A stretch of DNA of 32,090 bases from a virus (lineage: Duplodnaviria; Caudoviricetes). The translations under genes and the position numbers were made by a program. This document shows, piece by piece, positions 1 through 8,551 of the stretch. Position 1 is the first letter of the stretch; each line of letters opens with the position of its first letter. The stretch lies in IMG/VR virus record IMGVR_UViG_3300010359_000009, positions 1-32,090 of that record; one strand, given 5' to 3'. Below the pieces are notes generated by a model that was not told the origin of the DNA, searched no databases, and worked only from the letters and a program-made list of their open reading frames with translations.

Positions 1-38
1 GCGGGGCCGTACCACGGTTCCGACGGGACGCAAGCTTG

Positions 39-257
39 TCAGCTCCGTCGTCTGTTAGTTTCTCCGCCTGAGGTGTCTCGTCTTCCAGCTGTGTACCCAA
101 TACGACCACTGCCCAGCGTCGTAATGTGGCGGTGCGCGTGCTGACAGTTACCCCGAGCGACCATATGCAAAGTTGCCACAATGATGACCACTGCGGCGGC
201 ATAGGCGATCGGCAAGCTGGACACTATCAGCCATCCATACCAGGGCATTGCAATCAC
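39..257 (-). CDS. Small membrane protein
   Basis: Hydrophobic stretch WYGWLIVSSLPIAYAAAVVIIVATL; AAAGGTG upstream; packed behind the 265..585 ORF. Confidence 0.6.
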   Translation of the reverse strand: MIAMPWYGWLIVSSLPIAYAAAVVIIVATLHMVARGNCQHAHRHITTLGSGRIGYTAGRRDTSGGETNRRRS

Positions 258-264
258 CTTTCAC

Positions 265-585
265 TCAAAGTCGTACGGGCCACGCCAGCCCGTCTTCGCG
301 TGCATGGTCCTCACCGCGGTCGACATGGCGGGAATCAAGCACGCACGGCCAGCCGTCCGGGCATGGCGCATCACACATCACGTAGTCATCATCGACCGTG
401 GTGAGCGAGCCAATTAGTACATTTATCTCGTCGATGGTCAACTCACTGAACGTACGTACCGGATTATCGTGACGATTCAGTACGTCAGTGGCCCATGCGC
501 GGCGTACTTCCTTGCCTACGCCCTGCCAGCCATGCTCGGCGAGATTGGCGAACAGGCAACCCATGCGGATCCGTCGATCAGACAT
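265..585 (-). CDS. Hypothetical phage protein with C-terminal Cys/His cluster
   Basis: Start overlaps the stop of the upstream gene (TAATG); CDAPC..C...H...H. Confidence 0.6.
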   Translation of the reverse strand: MSDRRIRMGCLFANLAEHGWQGVGKEVRRAWATDVLNRHDNPVRTFSELTIDEINVLIGSLTTVDDDYVMCDAPCPDGWPCVLDSRHVDRGEDHAREDGLAWPVRL

Positions 586-770
586 TAGGACATCCTTTCA
601 ACTCGAATACGGACGTTGTATGCATCCAGCCATCTCCGCGATACTACGGAGTAGGCGTCCGTAATCAGGATGACCTCATCACCTCTAATGGGGAAATCAG
701 ATTCGGTATTCATCCATTCACACACTCGAGTATCATCAGTGGTCACAAATATAGCCTTCCTAATGAGCAT
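585..770 (-). CDS. Hypothetical phage protein
   Basis: GAGGAG RBS; tight packing with neighbours. Confidence 0.6.
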   Translation of the reverse strand: MLIRKAIFVTTDDTRVCEWMNTESDFPIRGDEVILITDAYSVVSRRWLDAYNVRIRVERMS

Positions 771-772
771 CG

Positions 773-970
773 CTATCGATCTCCTCTCATGCGTGTATCG
801 GGGTGTGTCGCGTCTTGGGTTCTCTGCTGCTCCTGTAGCCGCATCTCATCGATGAGTAGATCGAGCTCCCAGGTCAACGCCCGACGGTGCCTCTGCGCCC
901 GCGCATGCAACCACGCGAGGTTGACCTTGGACAGGGCGACTGTGGTGCGCTGCCTCTCGGGCTCCATCAT
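773..970 (-). CDS. Putative ribbon-helix-helix (Arc/CopG-like) DNA-binding protein, probably leaderless
   Basis: RQRTTVALSKVNLAWLHARAQRHRRALTWELDLLI fits a strand-helix-helix pattern; ATG at 970 lies 6 nt after TGG-TACGAT. Confidence 0.55.
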   Translation of the reverse strand: MMEPERQRTTVALSKVNLAWLHARAQRHRRALTWELDLLIDEMRLQEQQRTQDATHPDTRMRGDR

Positions 971-985
971 GCCAGCATCGTACCA
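971..985 (-). promoter_or_regulatory. Extended -10 promoter for a leaderless mRNA
   Basis: Minus strand TGG-TACGAT-gctggc-ATG, with no SD sequence. Confidence 0.55.
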
Positions 986-1069
986 TGGCGCAGCGGCATC
1001 TTGTGATGTAACGTAGGTACCGGATCGGGCGATACACCAGACGTAGGCCCACCAACCACGGAGGACGGC

Positions 1070-1273
1070 ATGGCCCACTACCAGATCATCAAGGGTCGCA
1101 GGTACGACAAGCTGGTTAAGGTAACGGCTGGCGACTGGCGTGAGGCCATCGCATTCATTGACCAGGGCACCGGTGACTACCGGTTCTCCGCATCCTGGTC
1201 CAAGCCGGGCAGGTTCATGACCAAGACGGAGATTGCGTACTACGCGCCACTAGTCGAGGGAGCGCAGCAGTGA
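1070..1273 (+). CDS. Hypothetical protein (plus-strand island gene 1)
   Basis: GGAGG RBS; stop overlaps the next start (GTGA). Confidence 0.75.
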   Translation: MAHYQIIKGRRYDKLVKVTAGDWREAIAFIDQGTGDYRFSASWSKPGRFMTKTEIAYYAPLVEGAQQ

Positions 1274-1458
1274 CCGAGCACATTAGACCCTACGACCTGC
1301 GTCTACGCGCCGAAGACGGCCTGATCCTGCGTCGCGAAGTAGTCCCCCGTGACCAGTTCGGATCCGAGCGTGAGGCATACGTCAACGTGGAAACTGGCAT
1401 GTTGTGGTGCGAACTCGACGAACTCGGGCCAGAGTTTATGCGGCTCTACGCACTCTGA
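1270..1458 (+). CDS. Hypothetical protein (plus-strand island gene 2)
   Basis: GAGGGAG RBS; 4-nt overlap with the previous gene. Confidence 0.65.
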   Translation: MTEHIRPYDLRLRAEDGLILRREVVPRDQFGSEREAYVNVETGMLWCELDELGPEFMRLYAL

Positions 1459-1498
1459 TCGACTGCTCGCCAGCGCACCGGCCATCCGGCTCATTCGC

Positions 1499-1744
1499 CT
1501 AGCCGCAGCAGTTCTCCGCTCGCCACCATCCCGCGTCCTCATCCCACCCGATCTGATCGCCAGTCGCGAACGGCTCACCGCAGACACAGCGGCCCGGTCG
1601 GTCGGACTTGCGGTAGAACCGGATGGAGTCGACGGGTTCGGCGTCATGCGGCTGCGGTCGGTCGCCCAGTGTGGTCGCGCCCTGCTTGCAGTGATCGCAC
1701 ATCTCGACGGGTAAATCACTCAGATCGCACCGGTCCACTGTCAT
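1499..1744 (-). CDS. Small Cys-rich (zinc-binding) protein
   Basis: CDHC, CVC and NCC motifs; GAGG RBS. Confidence 0.7.
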   Translation of the reverse strand: MTVDRCDLSDLPVEMCDHCKQGATTLGDRPQPHDAEPVDSIRFYRKSDRPGRCVCGEPFATGDQIGWDEDAGWWRAENCCG

Positions 1745-1748
1745 TACG

Positions 1749-2813
1749 CTAATCCTCGGCCAGTCTGGCTAACACATCACCGTGACACGCTTCCGGTGCA
1801 CACCAGCATCCAAGCACCTTCCCACGCAGTTCATGTAGAGCGGCGATGAGCGGGGGCTGCTCTCTAACCCAGTATTCGTACTTCTTCAGCACTTCCGCCC
1901 GAGTTCCGTCGCGACCAATCCGAAACGGATTCCCCCACTTCGTCGTCCGATCAATGCGGACGTCGTACGAGTCTCGCTTCAAGTGCACAACACGGGTAAC
2001 CAGCGGCGCAACTCTTGCCCTCATCGGCCATCCGTCGGCATTCCGCTCAACATCGTCAGCACGCTGCGGCAGGGTGCGGATCAGCTCGTCGGCCTCATCG
2101 CGGGTGACCGCACCAGCGGAATGATCGAACTCGATTTTCTCGACCGCACGGGGTGTCCGCCAGTATGCAGCCAGGCTTAACGATTGCTCGCGATACCACT
2201 TGACCTGCTGACGGTGCAGGTCAGCTAGTTCCATATTGGCCAGCTCGGGGTACCGTTTCGCCAGTTTCCAGGAGGCCCGGGCCGTCGCAAGTGCGTCCGC
2301 TGTACTGTTATGTGCCATCCCGATCGTAACGCCGTAATGCTCACACAAAGACTCCAGCCGGCGCGACCCCCTGCGGTACGGATCCATCGCCTTGTCGCAC
2401 ACGAATAGATCTATCACCGGGGTCTGCTCGGTAATCTCCAGCGGATTCATATCACAACGCGCACGCTCGCAGGCTATTACGGTGAGATCGTAGGATGCGT
2501 TCATTGCCAGCAGTGGCACCGCCGAGTTCCACATTTCCCGTAACGCAATATCCAGTTCAGACAACACATCAGATAGCGGCCTGCCTCGCGCACGCGCCTC
2601 TTCGGTAGTGATACCGTGCGTTGCCGTTGCCGACTCGGGAATCTCTTCGTCTACCGCGACCATCCATTCCAGCGCGGTCGCCCTTTTTGTGACCACTGAT
2701 TGTATCGGGTCAATGACAACCAGCGACGCGGTGACGACGCGCGCGGTGAGCGGATCCTTGCTGGTCGACTCGATATCCAGCGCCAGCAGGTGACCCTCGT
2801 GCCATCCCATCAC
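1749..2813 (-). CDS. DnaQ-like DEDDh 3'-5' exonuclease with C-terminal DUF4326 domain
   Basis: ExoI LDIEST, ExoII NASYDL, ExoIII AHNSTADA; C-terminal KWGNPF...LRGKVLGCWCAPEACHGDVL is typical of DUF4326. Confidence 0.88.
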   Translation of the reverse strand: MMGWHEGHLLALDIESTSKDPLTARVVTASLVVIDPIQSVVTKRATALEWMVAVDEEIPESATATHGITTEEARARGRPLSDVLSELDIALREMWNSAVPLLAMNASYDLTVIACERARCDMNPLEITEQTPVIDLFVCDKAMDPYRRGSRRLESLCEHYGVTIGMAHNSTADALATARASWKLAKRYPELANMELADLHRQQVKWYREQSLSLAAYWRTPRAVEKIEFDHSAGAVTRDEADELIRTLPQRADDVERNADGWPMRARVAPLVTRVVHLKRDSYDVRIDRTTKWGNPFRIGRDGTRAEVLKKYEYWVREQPPLIAALHELRGKVLGCWCAPEACHGDVLARLAED

Positions 2814-3739
2814 GCACCCTGCTGCTGCTCGTACGCCACGACCTCAGCCCAGCGGGCATCATCCTCGCCAGCGGTCGGTTCACCATCCACGTAATCCTCC
2901 ATGAGCGGCTCAGGGCTACCGGAAAGATCCACTGCGGCACCCTGACTGTTGCGCAGCGCAACCTGACCGCCAGCCGCCTGAATTGCCTTCACCTGCTGGA
3001 CTAGCCACTCGGGCGACGTCGGCACCCACTTGCGGAGCCGGCGGATGCTACTCTTCAGCCACATATCATCCTCCCAGTTGTTCCAGGGAGAATAGTCAGA
3101 AGAGGAGCCCTCTGACTTCTTCCGAATCTTGGCTATCTGCGCTCGATTCAACACCACGACGCGGGACACCGCACCATTGATCATATGCGCGTAGGCATAG
3201 ACTAGTTTACGCTGACCACGGTTCTCGGCATCCCAGTCAATATCATGGAACGGGTAGACCTGTGGCCCCCGCCAGCGCGGTGGGTCCTGGGTGTCGTGCT
3301 TGCCAGGAGTCCACGCGAACACGTCGTTGGTGTAGACCACGTCGGCGATCACGCTGGCCGTTGCGCCAGCCCGATACATCAGCTCGATCCAGCCCATGTA
3401 CCCGACAATGCCGAGGATCTCCAGTCGCCCCTTCTCCTTTCGAGGAGTCAGGTAGTAGCCATCGGTACCGGGTTCCAGGCCGAGGCGGGCGGCCTCCAGA
3501 AGTGCCGCCATGAACTTCGCTGGATTGTTGCTGGCGGCCAACTCCAGCTCGGTGCACCATTCGCCACTCGGTAACTGAATTCTCTTACCGCGCTTCAGCG
3601 CTCCGATAGCGACCCGCAGCCACGTCTCCGGCTTGATGTGCGTCGGCAATGCCTCTCGGAAGTCCGCGGCGTACTGGCGAACCATCACCGCGGGGGTATT
3701 GCGCTGCTTCTCGACGGCCTTGCTTACGGACTCACTCAT
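2810..3739 (-). CDS. recT: RecT-family ssDNA-annealing recombinase
   Basis: AARLGLEP, YYLTP, IVGYMGWIELMYR, SPW..W.DDMWLKS.IRRL.KW.P.S; start moved to MSESVSK (GAGG RBS). Confidence 0.92.
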   Translation of the reverse strand: MSESVSKAVEKQRNTPAVMVRQYAADFREALPTHIKPETWLRVAIGALKRGKRIQLPSGEWCTELELAASNNPAKFMAALLEAARLGLEPGTDGYYLTPRKEKGRLEILGIVGYMGWIELMYRAGATASVIADVVYTNDVFAWTPGKHDTQDPPRWRGPQVYPFHDIDWDAENRGQRKLVYAYAHMINGAVSRVVVLNRAQIAKIRKKSEGSSSDYSPWNNWEDDMWLKSSIRRLRKWVPTSPEWLVQQVKAIQAAGGQVALRNSQGAAVDLSGSPEPLMEDYVDGEPTAGEDDARWAEVVAYEQQQGA

Positions 3740-3851
3740 CGTCCAAGTCCTCTTCGCAGTCGCACCAGTCGGCGTCATCCTCATCATCCCATAGGCTACC
3801 GTGCTCGCACTCGAACATCTCGACACCTTCATCCGCATACTCAACACTCAT
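3732..3851 (-). CDS. Very acidic 39-aa peptide (not in ORF track)
   Basis: MSVEYADEGVEMFECEHGSLWDDEDDADWCDCEEDLDDE; ATGA overlap with the upstream gene and an 8-nt overlap with recT. Confidence 0.65.
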   Translation of the reverse strand: MSVEYADEGVEMFECEHGSLWDDEDDADWCDCEEDLDDE

Positions 3852-4279
3852 GGTGCTATCCCTTCATCCCATGAATACGTTTCCGGGCCATCCTCGCCAT
3901 CCATATAACCACGGATAGCATCGTCGTACTCGTCACCCAGCAGAAGGCGGAGCGTCTGATCGATCACCCATGCCTTGTGATGGTCGCCGTCAGTCTGGCC
4001 GTTCTCCAGTAACATCTCGACAGCTAATTCGATGCGGTCGGAATCCGACTCGGGCACCTGCTCCGGCACCACCGCGTACGACTGGTAGCGGCCAGTATGG
4101 TCGCCATCTGGCAGGGGGATATGGAAGCCGCCGTTAGCGGATGACTCCCAATCTGATCGGGAATACTCGCGATCTTTACCTGCGGCAAGCATTGCCGCTT
4201 CGGCAGTGGGGTACAACTCACGCTGCTGGCCGAGCATCAGCGGATACGGCCAGTGCCACAGTCGCCATTCCCGCTTCAT
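3848..4279 (-). CDS. Hypothetical phage protein
   Basis: ATGA overlaps at both ends; C-terminal DGDHHKAWVIDQ...WDEGIAP resembles a widespread phage domain. Confidence 0.8.
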   Translation of the reverse strand: MKREWRLWHWPYPLMLGQQRELYPTAEAAMLAAGKDREYSRSDWESSANGGFHIPLPDGDHTGRYQSYAVVPEQVPESDSDRIELAVEMLLENGQTDGDHHKAWVIDQTLRLLLGDEYDDAIRGYMDGEDGPETYSWDEGIAP

Positions 4280-4626
4280 GCCGATCCCTCCGATCCCTCA
4301 ATCCCTCGCCTCGCCAGCTGGTCGGCCAGCGATGTGTTTCTAAATTCACCCAGAGTGGCTCGCTGAATCAGGGTTCCCTCAGTTCCGAACTCTCGCTTGC
4401 GACTGATGTGAAAATGCGAGTTATCGTCGCGACACCTGTAGGAATGCCGACGCCATCCGCAGTTTGCCAATAATTCGAGCCGTGCTGCATCGGCAGCCTT
4501 ACGAGTGCGGAACACAACTTTGCCGCCGTGCTTAACTACTTCGCCATCCGAGTCGCGCACTGCATACTTCCGCGTAATAGCAAGAGCCGAACGATACGGG
4601 TTACTGGTGAATCGACTCTGCCTCAT
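4276..4626 (-). CDS. Hypothetical basic protein
   Basis: ATGA coupling at both ends; YRC....HFH motif. Confidence 0.7.
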   Translation of the reverse strand: MRQSRFTSNPYRSALAITRKYAVRDSDGEVVKHGGKVVFRTRKAADAARLELLANCGWRRHSYRCRDDNSHFHISRKREFGTEGTLIQRATLGEFRNTSLADQLARRGIEGSEGSA

Positions 4627-5543
4627 GCCGACTTATCCAATCTCTGAGATGCGAAGTTCACCGCACGCAGGTACGGCGTTCCGCCGTTCTTGCCAGGCAC
4701 GCGGGTGGCGATGCACTCCTGACCCCACATGGCCCGGCGTGCCGTACCCATGGCGTCCAGGACAAGTGAGACCTGCCGACGCTTCTCGGCCGTCGCTGCC
4801 TCATGGTCCGCCAGTGCGGTCAGATAGGCCACGGCCAGATCGTCAGGCACGCGATGGTCTCGCGGGTCGATCTCCGGGTGCAGCTCGCGGATCGCCAGAT
4901 GAGTCGCTTCGCTATCATCGATCGGCGGGCGCTCATTACGAGTCACCGTGGCCAAGAACTCCTCGGCTTCCTGGCGCATCAGCAGCGCGTCCTGCTCATC
5001 CCACTCGACCATGTACTCCCGGTAATCGCATGGCGCGATCAGCACGGCAACGTAACAGCGCCGCCGGCCGAGGCAGTCCATATACCACCGCGTCTGAGCC
5101 TTATAGCCCACTGGGATATCGTCGGTACCCGGCTCGCCCCAATACTCGCCCCATCGGGCCTGCTTGATTTCCAGCAATGGACCGTCCGGACCGGGATCCT
5201 CGCCGCCACAATCCCGGTCCGGCTGGCCGAGCTGGTAGGGCCGCTCGGAGTTGCGCCAGAGGCCCGTCCTCTCCACGGCGAACTCCGGATGGCACTCGGC
5301 GAACTTCGCGGCGATTACAGGTTCCAGACGCTTGCCCCACTCCATCTCGGGAGTCTCCTGTACCGGGGCAAGCAGGCCAGCCTTGCGGTGCCAGAGCGAG
5401 AATCTGGACTCGAACGGGGAGAGGCCCAGCACTGCGGCGATCTCGCTGCCGCCGAGTCCACCCTCGCGTGCCGCATGCCACTCTGCGGATCCAGGTTCAA
5501 AATGGCCAAGCTGGTCAGCGGCCATCGGGTTCCGCCAAACCAT
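4623..5543 (-). CDS. YqaJ-family (RecE/lambda-exo-like) exonuclease
   Basis: EWHAAR..GLGGSEIAAVLGLSPF, MEWGKRLEP, PD...LLEIK, Y.AQ..WYM. Confidence 0.92.
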   Translation of the reverse strand: MVWRNPMAADQLGHFEPGSAEWHAAREGGLGGSEIAAVLGLSPFESRFSLWHRKAGLLAPVQETPEMEWGKRLEPVIAAKFAECHPEFAVERTGLWRNSERPYQLGQPDRDCGGEDPGPDGPLLEIKQARWGEYWGEPGTDDIPVGYKAQTRWYMDCLGRRRCYVAVLIAPCDYREYMVEWDEQDALLMRQEAEEFLATVTRNERPPIDDSEATHLAIRELHPEIDPRDHRVPDDLAVAYLTALADHEAATAEKRRQVSLVLDAMGTARRAMWGQECIATRVPGKNGGTPYLRAVNFASQRLDKSA

Positions 5544-5594
5544 CCATCGGGAATCCTCCAGTCCGGACCGTCGCCCATTGCGATATTACCACCA

Positions 5595-5891
5595 TTACAT
5601 GCGACGTCGGTCCACTCTATCCGGCCGTGCTGCCGTAAGACGATCAGTCGGGGTGCCGTAGTGGTAAACAGTGTCGACGGTCAGCGGTCGCGAGTGGCAT
5701 TCGTATGCCTCCATCGTTCGGACGCCGCGGTGATTGCGACGCATTGCTCGGCGAGCCGCCTTGTACGTTGGGTAGCAGCGTTTGCCGCAGTAGGCGCAGA
5801 TATCAGGCGATGCGGCCATGCTTTCCAGTCGATTCCGTTGCTCTGCGGCATGTCGCCCTGCCCACAAGCGCCCGTTACGCACCCGCGGCAC
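5595..5891 (-). CDS. Hypothetical zinc-finger-like protein
   Basis: CAYCGKRCY...AYEC...YH; AAAGG upstream of GTG. Confidence 0.65.
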   Translation of the reverse strand: MPRVRNGRLWAGRHAAEQRNRLESMAASPDICAYCGKRCYPTYKAARRAMRRNHRGVRTMEAYECHSRPLTVDTVYHYGTPTDRLTAARPDRVDRRRM

Positions 5892-5901
5892 CGCCTTTCA
5901 A

Positions 5902-6897
5902 TCATCCGTCAATCCGGTCGAACAGTGTCGGACCCGCATACTCGCCACCATCAGTATCATCTACCCGTTTCATATTCATCACCGCCTGGCGGTGATAGGA
6001 AGGCTTCAGTTCGATGCTGATCGCTCGACGGCCCTGCCGGACCGCGCAGTACGCGACGGACCCGACGCCGCCGCACGGGTCGACCACCAGCTCGCCCGGA
6101 TTACTCCACAGAACGAGACAGCGGTCGATTACGTCTCGCTGCAACGGATGAGGATGCTTCTCGTCCTTATCCTCCTCGGCCTCCTCGAAGGGGAGGACGC
6201 GATCCAACCGGATATCATCCCAGAATGCCGATGCATAGCGCTGCCAGATGATGTGTGAAAATTTGTTCTGAATCTGATTTCCCGACCATCCCCGAAATGG
6301 GAGGACGTCGGGCGGCAGTAGCCGCTCACCGTAGTACTCAGTAAAGCCAGTGGGATGCTCGATCGGGACCGGATTGCTGCCGCGCTTACGGAACACGAGA
6401 AGATAGTCGGCACCTGCATTCGAGCATCGCGACGAGTCGTCCACGACCGATTTATGAGCCAGTGATTTCGTCATCGTCCTGTTCCGGACTGCGAGCGGCT
6501 CCTTCCAGATATGGTACCGCGCGATGTAGCCGAAGCCGCGATCCCTGTGCAGGCGGATGATATCGCCCGGGAAGTCGGTCAGCTCATCCTTCCCCGTATT
6601 GCCTGTCGGCACATCCATGCAGTGCACTGCGGTAATCCGTCCCGGCATTGTCACCCGATGCAACTCGGTCACAAGATAGGAAAACTGCTCAAAGAACTCA
6701 TCGTAAGTTCGAGCGTTACTCATGTCTCGGTCACTGGACGAATAATTGTAGAGCGCGCTGCCGCCTTCTTTGGCAAACGGCGGAGAGTAGATACTCATGC
6801 CCACCGACTCATCCGGCAACCCCGGGAGGACCTCCATATGGTCACCGTTATATAGCGCGTAGCGATCCTCGACTACCTGGTCGAACACGAGAGCCAT
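5902..6897 (-). CDS. N4-cytosine/N6-adenine DNA methyltransferase (beta class)
   Basis: Catalytic SPPF near the N-terminus; HPHPLQ and SAM-binding VVDPCGGVGS near the C-terminus; SIELK. Confidence 0.9.
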   Translation of the reverse strand: MALVFDQVVEDRYALYNGDHMEVLPGLPDESVGMSIYSPPFAKEGGSALYNYSSSDRDMSNARTYDEFFEQFSYLVTELHRVTMPGRITAVHCMDVPTGNTGKDELTDFPGDIIRLHRDRGFGYIARYHIWKEPLAVRNRTMTKSLAHKSVVDDSSRCSNAGADYLLVFRKRGSNPVPIEHPTGFTEYYGERLLPPDVLPFRGWSGNQIQNKFSHIIWQRYASAFWDDIRLDRVLPFEEAEEDKDEKHPHPLQRDVIDRCLVLWSNPGELVVDPCGGVGSVAYCAVRQGRRAISIELKPSYHRQAVMNMKRVDDTDGGEYAGPTLFDRIDG

Positions 6898-8297
6898 GAG
6901 GGCAACTCCATTTCTCTGTCGAAGGGGTTGGAGCGCTGGATTGACAACGCCTCGCGCATATGGCGCGTCAGGGAGTCGAACATGCGGTCAGCGGCAGCCG
7001 CCTTACGCTGGAGATTGGCCAGCATATTAGCGCTACCCTCCGAGGATACTACATCCACGATCACCGGGTTCTGCTGACCGAACCGCCAGCACCGACGGAT
7101 CGCCTGATACCACGACTCGAACGAATGCGACGGCATGTAGGCCACCCGATGGCAGTGCTGCCAGTTGAGTCCCCATGCTCCGATCTTCGGCTTGGTGACG
7201 AGCACGCGGATCTCGCCGCGACCGAAAGCGGCCAGCTTCTCCTCCTTGGCCTCTACCGGATCGGAGCCACTGACCTGCACAGCGCCGTCAATAAGCTTGG
7301 CCAGCCTGTCGCCCTCGGCATTCAGATGGCACCACGCCACGGCCGGTTTCGCATCGGCCAGCACTTCGGCCGCCTTCTCACATCGCACCTGCAGCGTCCT
7401 GCGGGCTTCTTCGCGCTCCTCGTGCAGGCCGCTGGCCGGCATGTCGAACAGAGTGCCTTCCTTCGGTACTGCGGCCTGCACGACATGGTGACGATATTCT
7501 AGGGGCGGTAGCACGAATCCCTCATCGCTGAACTCGCCGAGGTCGCTCGGCTTGCGGCACGCTCTAGCCCAGCTTGACACCCAGCGCCAGAACGGATCCT
7601 CAGCGTGTCCCTTGAATCGCCACGCCGGGCCGTCCTTGAAGTGCATCATGGCGCCGTTCTTTGTGCGCGTACCGTCGATAGCCCAGCGGCCATACATATC
7701 CACCGTCTTTTGCTTGTTGACAAAGAATCTTGTCAGCATATCCACTAAACCGAGGTAGCCGAGGGCCTCGGAGGACGTCCCCAGCTCGGTGTAGTCATTC
7801 GGTGCTGCCGTCGCCGTGCCGAGCAACCGGTACGGCATGCACCGCATAAACTCAGTGACAATCTTACGTCGCTTGCCGTCGAATGCCTTGATCGCGGAGG
7901 ACTCGTCGCATACCACACCGCCGAACGCAGCCGAATCGAATTTCTCCAGCCTCTCGTAGTTCGTCACCGTAATGGCGGCCGGAATCGAACCGTCGCGAGA
8001 CACGGCTAGGTCGATTCCGAACTTATCCGCCTCCTCCTCGAACTGGAATGAGACAGCGAGGGGAGTGAGGATCAGCACGGGCTTACCTGTATGCCGGTAA
8101 ACATTCTCCGCCCACACAAGTTCCATGATCGACTTACCAAGTCCGCAGTCGGCGAAGATCGCAGCCCGGCCCTGCCTGATCGCCCACTCGTCCAGGTTTC
8201 GCTGAAAACCGAATAGGAAGTCCGGCAGCCATAGCGGCTCGAAACCATTACCAGTATTGAACTGGCCGCGCGCTGCAATGAACTCGTCATAGTTCAC
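6873..8297 (-). CDS. SF2/SNF2-like helicase
   Basis: FADCGLGKS (motif I), DESS (II), TAT (III), GLNWQ (V), QAIRRCWRFGQ (VI). Confidence 0.9.
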   Translation of the reverse strand: MNYDEFIAARGQFNTGNGFEPLWLPDFLFGFQRNLDEWAIRQGRAAIFADCGLGKSIMELVWAENVYRHTGKPVLILTPLAVSFQFEEEADKFGIDLAVSRDGSIPAAITVTNYERLEKFDSAAFGGVVCDESSAIKAFDGKRRKIVTEFMRCMPYRLLGTATAAPNDYTELGTSSEALGYLGLVDMLTRFFVNKQKTVDMYGRWAIDGTRTKNGAMMHFKDGPAWRFKGHAEDPFWRWVSSWARACRKPSDLGEFSDEGFVLPPLEYRHHVVQAAVPKEGTLFDMPASGLHEEREEARRTLQVRCEKAAEVLADAKPAVAWCHLNAEGDRLAKLIDGAVQVSGSDPVEAKEEKLAAFGRGEIRVLVTKPKIGAWGLNWQHCHRVAYMPSHSFESWYQAIRRCWRFGQQNPVIVDVVSSEGSANMLANLQRKAAAADRMFDSLTRHMREALSIQRSNPFDREMELPSWLSCSTR

Positions 8298-8551
8298 TCG
8301 GACACCTCATCGAACAGCGTCGGCATCACCGCAGAGAACTCGGCGCGCACAGCCTCAGACTCGCGATCCCGCAGGTATCGCCCCAGCGCCTCGTAGATCT
8401 GACCGGCCGCCTCATCGGGGATGCTGAAGATATCACCCCGCGCGAATACGGTAACCTCAGTCCTCATTCCAGTGAATAGGATGCTGAACTCGCGTCCGCC
8501 GAATGGCACGTTAGCTAGGCCTTCATAACCGTTACTGTCAACACGACTCAC
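8294..8551 (-). CDS. Hypothetical protein
   Basis: GTGA overlaps at both ends; ends in MPTLFDEVSE. Confidence 0.7.
   Translation of the reverse strand: MSRVDSNGYEGLANVPFGGREFSILFTGMRTEVTVFARGDIFSIPDEAAGQIYEALGRYLRDRESEAVRAEFSAVMPTLFDEVSE

Noticed and set aside
4803-6020. 405-aa plus-strand ORF
   Set aside because: Antisense shadow of the YqaJ exonuclease and neighbours; no motifs; expected in high-GC DNA
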